DNA of 64,000 nucleotides from Cenococcum geophilum (Eukaryota): NCBI GenBank assembly GCA_050273025.1, contig CP158636.1, positions 7,936,001 to 8,000,000 of the forward strand, read 5' to 3'. Shown piece by piece: positions 37,901 to 47,700 of this stretch (position 1 is its first letter; each line of letters starts with the position of its first letter). The notes under the pieces were generated by a model. It saw only the letters and a program-made list of their open reading frames with translations, ran no database searches and was not told where the DNA came from. The position numbers and the translations under genes were made by a program.

Positions 37901-40900
37901 AAAGAGGTGTATAAGAAGAGGTCCTTTAAGCTATATATACGGGCTAAGAAGGTGTTAAACTTCTAGTTCTCCTTTATTATAGTTATATAGTACATAGTAG
38001 CATTTTTAAAGCGTCTTATTATAGGATTCTTAATCTGGTCTTAGACTATAGTCTTAAGTTCGTCCTATAGTAGAGGACCTTTATCCTTGGCGCCCAGACG
38101 GTAATGCACTAGTTGGGCAACTGTCTTCTCTTTTATAAGACCTTCAATAGCCCAGCGCGTACGTCGCTCGCAGTCGTAATTAGCGTCGTAGATCTTAAAT
38201 CGATTCTTAATTATAGTAATCCACCGGTCGAACTTCTATTGAGTAGTACCACCAATATCAGGCAGTGACTTCTTAACTAGGGCGTCGAGATTCGTTCGTT
38301 GTATACGTTCGCTGCGCGACTTATGCTCTTTACTAGAGAGGCAACGGAAGGGCTTCGTTAAATTAATAATGCTCCGTAAGTTGGCTATTTTATTAGCCAG
38401 CTTATCTAGCTCCTTTAGGTCAGCAGTATTTGGTGGGACGCTAGTAACCTTGCTAAGCTCCTGTTAAGCCCAGGTATATAAGTTAAACTAGTCTTTAGCG
38501 TTTATAAATGTCTAATCTTAAGATTCGGAAGGTGGCTTAGATTCTGCTAGTGTGCTGCTAGCGTTTTCGTCTGCATTAGATGCTGAGGCGCTTTACCGTC
38601 GTGTCGCGGGCGTATTGCCGTTAAGTGTAGGCGTTAATCTTATCTTCGGAGGCATCGTGGATTATGGAAAATTAAACCGGCTATCCTCCCAAGGGGATTG
38701 GTAAGGATTCGAATGTGAGGTGAGGATGTGGATAGGGAGTCCAATGATAGAACAATAGGGTATATTGTACAGTAGACGAATCCTTAAGGGAGAAGGAGGA
38801 GTCTGAGGTGCGAGGTAAGGTTATCTCAGGTGGCCTCAGCCGCTTCTCCAAGGAATTTGTGGCGCTGCATGGCCCCACTCTGCAAACTCGTGCAAACTCC
38901 TAAGCCAATCAGCGGCTTAGACTAACTCCTGCGAACTCCTAAGCTAATAGAATCTCGCGCTACCCCTAGCCCCCCTATACCCCCTAAAATTCCTTTGCAA
39001 AGCGTCTAAGAGATTATAGGCGCGTATTTGGTGTAACTTGTATACTATCTTTAACGCGTATTAAATTTAAATAGCTATACTAGGGCTAATTTAGCAGCTA
39101 TTGCTATAGTTCGCGATGTATTTACATTATAACCTCTCCTACTAATATATTCTAATTAATTAAACTAGCTAACTAACGTATTAGGGGGCGAAGTATAGCC
39201 TTAAAGTTTAAAGACGTGTTTTTAAACCCGTATTTACCTAACCACCCCCATTAATACGGCGACCGTACTCTACTACTATAACTCTATTTACTATTAAACT
39301 TTATAAGGTACCTCTTATACCCTATTATAAACAGCTTACCTAATTATACTATACCTAACTGTTGTGCTACAGGGGCTGCTTCGTAGTAGGGGGGAAGTTC
39401 TAGGCAGAGGCTCGTGCAGAGCTTTGAGCAGAGCTTTGTATAGAGCTTTGAGCAGAGCTTTATACAGAGCTTCAAGCAGAGCTTCGTGCAGAGCTTCGTG
39501 TAGAGCTTTATGTAGAGCTTCAAGCAGAGCTTCGTGCAGAGCTTTGAGCGGAGCTTCGAGCGGAGCTTCGAGCAGAGCTTCGAGCAGAGCTTCGTGCAGA
39601 GCTTCGTGCAAAGCTTCGTGCAGAGCTTTGTGCAGAGCTTCGTGCAGAGCTTCGTGCAGAGCTTCGTGCAGAGCTTCGTGCAGAGCTTCGTGCAGAGCTT
39701 CGTGCAGAGCCTTATGCAGAGCCATGTGCAGGCGTATAGACGTATAGACTGTAGACGTGCAGACGTGCAGACATTCATACGGGCGTTTGGTTGATTGATT
39801 ATATAGACGTTTATAGAGCCATTTATATAGACGATTATAGAGCCGTTTATATAGACGATTATAGAGCCGTTTATGTAGACGATTATAGAGTCTTCCTAGT
39901 ATATTAGTGCTGCGTATTAGGAGAGATTTAGAGCCCCGTATTAAGCTTTAAGTAGAGCTTTAAGTAGAGCCTCGCGTAGAGCTTTTAAGTAGAGCTTTTA
40001 AGCAGAGCTCTGTGCAGAGCCTTAAGTAGAGCTTTAAGCAGAGTGTTATACAGAGCTCTGTGCAGAGCCTTAAGTAGAGCTTTAAGTAGAGCGTTGTGCA
40101 GAGCTTCGAGCAGAGCTTTGATAGAGCTTTAAGTGGAGCTTTAATAGAGCTTTGAGTAGAGCCTTATATAGAGCTTTAAGTAGAGCTTTGAGTAGAGCTT
40201 TAAGCAGAGCTTTAAGCAGAGTAGAGCTTTAAGCAGAGAGCTTCTCTATATAGACCTTATATTTAGGCTTATTTTTAAAGGCCTTATAAACGGCTTTATA
40301 TAGAGCTTTAAGCAAAGCTTTATATAGGTGTTCGTGCAGGCGTTTGTGTAGGCGTTCGTGTAGGCGTTTATACAGGCGTTCGTACAGGCGTTTGTATAGA
40401 CGTTTGTAGAGATATTAGGGGCATAATTAGGCTCTATTATGGATGGATTCTATAGAGTAAGAGGAGGGCTTTTAAATAGAGGTATCGGCGAGTTAAGCGG
40501 TGGTATATTAGGGGGTAATATACGGCATTAAAGGTAAAACAGCAGTTGTCTACTAGTAAGAGTGGCACACTCTTATAAAACGCGACTATAATCCCTTAGA
40601 CCCTTAGAGAGGAATCCACCTTAGCGCTCTATAATTGGCTGCTAAAGCTAGCGCAAGCACTAACGCCTGCGGCGTACGTTAGGCTGCGGCGCCGGTTGCT
40701 AATTAGCTTAGGAGTTTATAGGAGTTATAGGGGTTATAGAGGTGTGGCGGTGCCAGCCGCTGATTGGCTCAGGAGTTTACAGGAGGTAAGGTGGATTTTC
40801 TCTCCGAGGGTCTGAGTTAACTGAGATAAAGGTAAGGAAGGGGTTTCCCTAGGGGCACGTGCTCTGCACGTGCCTCACAGGCGAGTCGCATGCGAGTCGC

Positions 40901-40947
40901 CTGTGCCTCGCAGCTATATAACTATATACTCAGGTTTTCACCTGACA
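34927..40947 (-). mobile_element. Gypsy-type non-autonomous LTR element (gag-like ORF remnant; no RT, RNase H or integrase recognised)
   Basis: LTRs at 34927-35143 and 38714-40947 (the second split by element C). TSD ATTGC. C-tract PPT at 35146-35155. Minus-strand ORF remnant starting MPPK at ~38654. Internal region only ~3.6 kb with internal repeats. Confidence 0.8.
38821..40829. mobile_element. Non-autonomous TIR element C (TTATCTCAG ends, 8-bp TSD) carrying the 12-bp satellite
   Basis: TTATCTCAG...CTGAGATAA. TSD AGGTAAGG at 38813-20 and 40830-37. Inverted subterminal AACTCCT.AGCCAATCAGCGGC motifs. 12-bp array at 39405-39730 and decayed units to ~40330. Confidence 0.88.
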
Positions 40948-41104
40948 ATTGCTTAACGTCCGAATCGGATCCGATCGGGTGACTTGGAACTTAGTAAATG
41001 AAAGACGAAGAGGAACTATCTATCAAACCACTTTTTTAAGTCTTTCTCTACACACTGCTGCCTCCTCGCTTGGTTCTCAACGCTCTTTTACCCTATTGCA
41101 TGGC

Positions 41105-43867
41105 TCACAATCCCTTGAGAGCATATTCCGTCGCTACAACCTGATCCGTAGGCAAGACCTCTGTCCACTGGCTGAAAACTTCAAAAGCTTTATTATCGAA
41201 CTTGATTCCGCCCTCTAGCGGATCAAACCCATGCTCGAAAACCATCTCGGTCGGCAGTGCCATCTGCTTTCTGACTCCATCAACTGTTCCTGGCACCTCC
41301 TTTGGCTTCAAGCTCTCCGCATACTCCATCGCGATCTTGTCCGCTATTATAAGCAGTACCGTCTTTATCGACTGGTCCTTGTATTCGGGTGGGTCTTCAT
41401 CGCTGTCATAGGGATATGGTTGGTCGAGGCCGTCTGACCCAGCGACCTCCTGGCGCTGGAGGAAGGTGATTGCATCGCGTTCGCGGCCGGGCCGGATGGG
41501 AAGGATGGCCTTGACCCAAGGCGAATTCAGGAAGGCATTGCGGAGGTTATCTCCATCAAGTTGCATGAGCCAGCCCAACGAGGATCCTTGACGCGCGGGC
41601 TCCGTCTCTTCGGTGATAAGATAGTATGGACGCTGCCCGCTACTAGGGACTGCAGCTTTGCCAATTAGAGCTGCGCGGGTACTGAGCGGCTGAAGCGTCA
41701 TGGCGGCAGAGGTCATATGGCCTGCTTCATCGACAGAGGCGAGTTGATTCGTCTGCGGTTTCCACCAGTCTGGTGCGACGAAGTACAGCATGGCATCAAT
41801 GTCGAAGAAGTAGCGAATCATCTCTGATGCAGCATAATAGTCGTCACTCTTCCAGCCTTGTTCCGTACCATAAAGACGAGTAATTATGCTACGATAGATG
41901 ACATTTCGTTCTTCCGCGCGCATATCCTCCTGAGACCGTGTTCGCACTTTTCCCATGACCTTGAGACGCGCGCGCAGGGTTTCGTAGAATGACTTTTCCT
42001 TCTCGGCTTGGAGCTGGTCCTGATACACTGCTTGGCTGTCTCTATTCTTCTTATCGATTCGACTCTTGGTGACTGCGTCGGGAAGGTATTCAACATGTGC
42101 ATCAAAGGGAATCGGCTCCTTATTCCCAAAGTTGGCAGAAGTCAACTGGATGGTGAACTGCTCCCTAGTCTTGTCAAGCTTCAGATCATCAATCCACTGG
42201 ACCGCAGCTCCGTGGAAATCAAGCAACTTGATTCTCTCCAACACGTAACCCGCTGGGGTTGTGGGCAGCTTGTAGTCGCGAATAAATGCAATCCGGTCAT
42301 TCGATTCAAGGGGGCCATTTTCATGCATACCCCAACCGGCATTGTCTGGGTCGGGGCCGAAATCTTCTTCCAACTCCTTGTCTCCCGTCTTGAGAATATA
42401 CGGGAAAGAGTCGGAGACAACCTTGACTAACGTGTCCGGATACGGTTGCTCCTCAGGGGGCTTTAGAGATGGGTCACGTGCCGCGGCAGTGTCATAGACG
42501 AACTCGCCCGTCCCCAAAGGATTGCCGGGATTGTCGACATACATCTGCCAACACAAGCGCTGACCAAGATCTTGTACCTGGACGGCAACCTTGCGCATTT
42601 TGCGGCTAAGCTCGTAGCTTACCAGACGGTCAGTTTTGTTCTGCAGGACATATCGCCGGCTGGAAGTGTCCGTAGTCTCGGTCACCGTCCTAAAAGTTGT
42701 CTTGTAGTTTTGCCGAACCTCACTAGAGAGCCTGGCACTCTGCTCTCTCATCTTTTTGTGGGTCTGCTCCTGCGACTGTTTTCGAGAGGTATCCAAATTG
42801 AAGCTCGCAGTGCCGCTGGCCTGAAAGACTGGCCCAATGCCGCCGGACGCAGTTGCGCTCGCGCCTAGCTTCATGTCATTCGCATTCTCGCTTTTCACGG
42901 CATCTGATAGCTCGTCCTTGTCTGTCTGATCAAGTTCGGTCTTCTGAATTGTTTCGACAGACTGCTCGGTTATCTGCTCTACTAGCTGGCGCCTGGTATT
43001 GACTTCAACAAGTTCGACTGTGCCACCGGGGCTGATCCAGACATGGCCGACTGGCGGCCCAAGAAAAGTGCCGAGCTGGAAAAAGTACTGCCGGAATTGA
43101 TGCAGGAGACCGATTGGCGAAAGGTATACTGATTTGGCAGGATGATCATCAGTGAAAAACCCTGCACTGCCGACGATTCGGTCTAGATGAGCAATTCCAG
43201 GTCGGAACATCTGTTGCACGGCGGCAGGGGCCTTTTCGTTAAGATACTTGAGCACGGCCGCCATTGCTATGTCCTGGCTGCCAGGAAGAACTGTCGTAGC
43301 TGTAGTGTCAGCTTGCGGCGTACCGCTGTTGATTCCTGCTAGCAACGACTCAGGAGTTGCGTTGCCCAAGAATGCATTCATATCAAGACCCTCTTCTCCC
43401 GAAACTCTAGCTGCCAGTGCTCGTCCCAGCTGCGTCCCGGTGCGGTCGACAAAGCGAGGTTGGGCCATGGTAAGTCTTGGTACCTCTTGCTTGATGAGCT
43501 TGTTGGCGTGAAGAGCTGCCTGCTTGACGCGCCTGGAGACGGCTTTGGCAAGCGTCTCATGGGAGAGTTGCGACCTCCAGCCGATCAGGGGCTGATATAC
43601 TCCAAAAAGCTCGCTAGCATAAGGAAGAACGGCTGGTTTCACTTCGTTATTTGGCGGATCATCCGGTTTCGTGTCTGGTTCAACTCGCTTCCACAATGCT
43701 GGGGTGTTGGTTGGAATCCAATCGGATTGGGACGTGTGACTTTCGACGCACTCGTACGTCAAGTTTTGGAAGGTTATACGATCCCCAGCCTTATATGCTG
43801 TGTTCGTCTTCCATTCTTCAAGTTTCTGAACTTGGGAGTCTATCTGGACAATTGCGGTAGTGGCCAT
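41105..43867 (-). CDS. 920-aa intron-less protein: N-terminal CBM5/12-type chitin-binding module, Pro-rich linker, large uncharacterised body with a Ser/Thr-rich putative beta-pore-forming segment
   Basis: Uninterrupted GC-rich ORF. WKTNTAYKAGDRITFQNLTYECVESHTSQSDWIPTNTPALWKRV fits the CBM5/12 pattern (W....Y..GD.V.Y....Y.C...H.S...W.P...P.LW). No obvious signal peptide. The function of the body is inference. Confidence 0.85.
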   Translation of the reverse strand: MATTAIVQIDSQVQKLEEWKTNTAYKAGDRITFQNLTYECVESHTSQSDWIPTNTPALWKRVEPDTKPDDPPNNEVKPAVLPYASELFGVYQPLIGWRSQLSHETLAKAVSRRVKQAALHANKLIKQEVPRLTMAQPRFVDRTGTQLGRALAARVSGEEGLDMNAFLGNATPESLLAGINSGTPQADTTATTVLPGSQDIAMAAVLKYLNEKAPAAVQQMFRPGIAHLDRIVGSAGFFTDDHPAKSVYLSPIGLLHQFRQYFFQLGTFLGPPVGHVWISPGGTVELVEVNTRRQLVEQITEQSVETIQKTELDQTDKDELSDAVKSENANDMKLGASATASGGIGPVFQASGTASFNLDTSRKQSQEQTHKKMREQSARLSSEVRQNYKTTFRTVTETTDTSSRRYVLQNKTDRLVSYELSRKMRKVAVQVQDLGQRLCWQMYVDNPGNPLGTGEFVYDTAAARDPSLKPPEEQPYPDTLVKVVSDSFPYILKTGDKELEEDFGPDPDNAGWGMHENGPLESNDRIAFIRDYKLPTTPAGYVLERIKLLDFHGAAVQWIDDLKLDKTREQFTIQLTSANFGNKEPIPFDAHVEYLPDAVTKSRIDKKNRDSQAVYQDQLQAEKEKSFYETLRARLKVMGKVRTRSQEDMRAEERNVIYRSIITRLYGTEQGWKSDDYYAASEMIRYFFDIDAMLYFVAPDWWKPQTNQLASVDEAGHMTSAAMTLQPLSTRAALIGKAAVPSSGQRPYYLITEETEPARQGSSLGWLMQLDGDNLRNAFLNSPWVKAILPIRPGRERDAITFLQRQEVAGSDGLDQPYPYDSDEDPPEYKDQSIKTVLLIIADKIAMEYAESLKPKEVPGTVDGVRKQMALPTEMVFEHGFDPLEGGIKFDNKAFEVFSQWTEVLPTDQVVATEYALKGL

Positions 43868-44226
43868 ATTTTCCGTGAAAGTGAGATGTTTGAGATGAGT
43901 TGTTTTGGCAAGCTAGACCTTACGATAGGGTAGCCTCGAGACCTAGAGGAGGGGTGAAGGCGGGCCAATATATGGTTACTACTGCCTTTGAGAGGCTTTC
44001 GCAGCCCCCCAAGATGGAGACTCTACATCTCAGAGTTGCAATCAATTGATTCAGTGGCTGAAACTGCATGTGTCATTAAGTCGTTCTTTCTCAGCGGACA
44101 AGAGCTGACGGTCCTTGACTGGTGAATTTCTGTTCCCTCAGCAGAGGCTTATTGCATCCAGAACGTAGTGTTGTTGGCCATCAGCTGTTTCGCCAAGTAT
44201 GCCCACATTTGAGCAGAAGTCATGTA

Positions 44227-44366
44227 CAGTGGGTGGCCAAAAGTATTGGACCTGGTACGTGCGAGCCCCACTTTCTAGACCAATCAGATCTTTTGTTGTT
44301 CCATATTGCAGCTTTTGATTGGTTAAGTGTGCACGTACCAGGTCCGATACTTCTAGCCACCCGCTG
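44227..44366. mobile_element. mimp-like (Tc1/mariner impala-type) MITE, 140 bp, in the divergent intergenic region
   Basis: TA|CAGTGGGTGGCCAAAAGTATTGGACCTGGTACGTGC ... GCACGTACCAGGTCCGATACTTCTAGCCACCCGCTG, an imperfect ~36-bp TIR. The right TA is not preserved. Confidence 0.75.
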
Positions 44367-44704
44367 AGCTGCTTTCTCCTGTGACCTGTCTTCACAAGAA
44401 ACTTGGGAAACGGGAAATTCCCGCGCGAAACAAGTTTAACATCAGGCAGCTAAGTGCCCCCTGACCATTTTACAGCTAATTGTATTTCTAGGCTGGCTTT
44501 TGTGGCGGCAACTAAATGAGCGGGGGTCTGGCCAGGATCTAGTTAAGATCTAGAGCGCACTTTTGTTGAAATTCATTGTATTGTCTATTGCTAGATCATA
44601 TTCACATAACTACCTATCTATCAATTTCGCCCATAGAGGAATATTAACCAGGGCTCACAGCCCTCTTCATCATTTCAAATGCTTTGAGGCTACACATTGC
44701 AGAC

Positions 44705-47700
44705 ATGACTTCTATAACCTTGAGGGTTTTAGACACCAACAATACAGCAGTTGAAGGTGCTTCAATTATTCTCGATGTCAAGACAGGAAATACCAATGAG
44801 AGTGGCTTTCTCGTCCTATCGGGCATCGACATCGACAGTAAATCCCATAACCTTTCAATATCACACCCATTCTATGTCACTGAGAACGTGGAGTTCAGGG
44901 GCACCCTCAAGGATGGGGAATGGAACAACGCACTTGTGCAACGCAAACTCATATCCGGTAGCATACAGTTCACGATACATCTTGGGCGGTTAGACGGCGC
45001 CCCCACCTTATTCAAGGAGGACAACGAGGTTGATGCGATGGCTGCGACGGGGAGCAACTTGCCCGGCGCCCTCATATTCAAACTCCCCAACGATCGTTAC
45101 TCTCATTATTATGCCTACCGTTCCCAGTGGCTTGATCCACTCCCAGTCGAATTGGGCGGGAAGAAAATATTACCCGATACGCAACCTCCTGCATCAGCAA
45201 AGGGCTGGCGGCGATTCCAAAGTGCCCCAGCTAATCCACCGACAGACATCCAGGCTCTTAGACGTTTCTTCTGGCTGCTACACCCAGGCTCACCCAAAGA
45301 CCCACAGTATGCGGTTGCTGTATGGTCACCCAATATCAACCACGAAGGCCCTCTAGATCCTCTCGACATGGTCGTGTTCTTCAGCCCACATACTGCAGCG
45401 TACACTGCAAAGTATCCATTTGGACTCGTGAAAAATACGAAGCCGGGAGATCAACAGTATATGACTCTTGGCAAGAAATACCTTCTAGATGAGTATGGCT
45501 TTGCGTACAATCTCATTGCACGCCGGCGCCGGGCGGTCATGGTGATGCCGATTTGCAATCATGGTTCCAGTGATCTTATTGGACTGGACTGGAGTGGATT
45601 TGACCCCCAAATCCACTCCATATACTGAGGAGGTGGTGGAGCTCCAGGACTCCAATATAAATCCAGATCAAATATATACTATAAATAGTAAGTCTTGGCA
45701 GAAGGTAAGGAAAAAGGTAAGGAAGTGTAAGCTTTGCAGTGTGGGAATTAAACGAGCAACTTGATTGTAAATCTATGGAAATCAAGTGGTATAAATACAT
45801 GAAAGTAGACCCCTAACTCCGAAGCCCATGACTCATTTCCAACGTATCTGAGACATACGAGGGTAGTGCTGACGCAGGTGAAACAGGGTAATATGCAAGG
45901 TCCGGTAGTCGGTTACAGGAAGGAAGAACGTATTAAATTAACCCTAAATTACAAAGCCTCTATATAAGAAGCTTCATAATCTTCTACCTCAATCGCCTCC
46001 TTAAAGACAGCATATGCACCCTCATCGTCGCTCTCAGTCTCGTCATCATCTGGCTCTATAACCACTGGCTCACCCGGCCCACCTGGCTCCCCCGGGGGTG
46101 CCTCTGCCACCGCATTTGCCGCTGTATTTGCTGCTGCCTCTGCTGCTACCTTTACGGCTTCCTCCATAGCTTCCTTATACGCGGCAACTCGAGCCTTTGA
46201 GGCCTCCTTTGGTGATACCATTTGTGGTATAGGCTCTCCCTCTGTAACCCCAACGTCCGTATTGTCAAACGTGCCCTTGCGCGGAGGCCCGTACCAGTGG
46301 CGAAGGCACTTATTGGCCTCAATAATATCCATTTGCAAGCAAGAGCGACGGTCCTCTAGGAGAATCTTACAGCCGCTCGCACTCATCTAACATAGGCGGT
46401 ATTGCAAGTATATCAAGGGCAAACTGAGCAAGATCGGGCTGGCTCTCGTAGCGATCTACCCAGTATTATATAACGTCAAAATCGTCTAAGTCGCCTACGC
46501 GGAGGCAGTTCGTTTCCAAATATTCCTGGAGGCGATCGGCGATGGTAATAGGCGTAGTGGTAGCGTCGTCAGGGTGCACCGTTTTAAGGCGCTTGTAATT
46601 GCGAGCAGAAGTATAAGTCTTTGGCTTCGGTGGTGGCTGTGTAGAATCTTGTATATTTACTGAAGGCGCACCTTGTAGCTTGCCTTTATATTTAAGCCAG
46701 AGCTCTCTTACAAGAGCTTCAACTTTTGGAATCCAAACCTTCTTATCTTCGTGCTCCCCCCAGTTGTCCTAAAACCACTGCATCTTAAGTATTGGGTTAA
46801 GAACGATCGCCGCGTAATAGGCACTGGTATCATCTGCCTTGCAGTAGTACTTCTCACACTTCTACCAAGCAGCCTCTGAGCAACCAGCTAATTGCTTATA
46901 GTTTTGTGACTCTGCAGTGCGACGTCTTTGGGTGGCAAGCTCAGTAAACTTTTGCTACGTTTTTTCAAGCTCTAGTAAAAGCCAGTTAAGAGTTTGGAAG
47001 TGATCTGCAAGGCCCATATACTTGCCTTCTACTATAATAGTGGCCTCATAAAAAGCTTTAAGGTGATCGTGCAGATGCTTAAGCTCCTTCCAATGGCGCG
47101 TAGAGAGTAGGTCATCTTTACCAAGTGCTTTCACGCCTAAGCCCGGTGTGTACTCCTAGCAGAACTTTATAATACGTTCTCTATAATTAAGGGAGCGAGA
47201 TATAGCTAAAAATAAGGAATTCCAACGCGTTTGATTGTTTTAAATAAGCTGGCAGGTATTAGTATTGATTTTATAAAGCTATTCAAATATTTAATAAAGG
47301 GAAATTATTTTGATTTTCCTCCGGCGAATTAATAATCCATAGCCGAGCCAATTAAACCCTTGTCTTTTAACGTCATATGCAAAATTAAACTCGAATCTCA
47401 ACACCAAAGCTCTATACAGGATCTTAGCACATACCTCTAAGCCATTGAACTCAGCCAAAGCACCTCCAATTTTAATCCTTTTGAATACTGCATAGCGCTG
47501 GGGGGTCATTTGAATGTATCGCACAAGATTATAGAGTAATCCGACAGCTCCGCGCTTTTTCTAAAGTACCTCTATCCTCTTAAAATCCTAGTCGCGATAC
47601 GCAGCAGCCAAATCCTTACATACATTCTCTGCATTAACTCCTATAATAAAGGCCTGGGCGCAAAGGTTTATAATATAACCAAAACAACGGAGCCTACGGG

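Noticed and set aside
1..40950. AT-rich block as a centromere
   Set aside because: Compatible with any RIP-mutated heterochromatin island; sequence alone cannot distinguish them without CENH3 ChIP or Hi-C.
41202..43933. Many short ORFs overlapping the 920-aa gene (and similar ones over NmrA-like, TIF35 and AKR1)
   Set aside because: Shadow ORFs in alternative frames of GC-rich coding sequence.
45949..46386. 145-aa acidic ORF
   Set aside because: It is the C-terminal tail of the broken hAT transposase, inside the TIRs, not a host gene.
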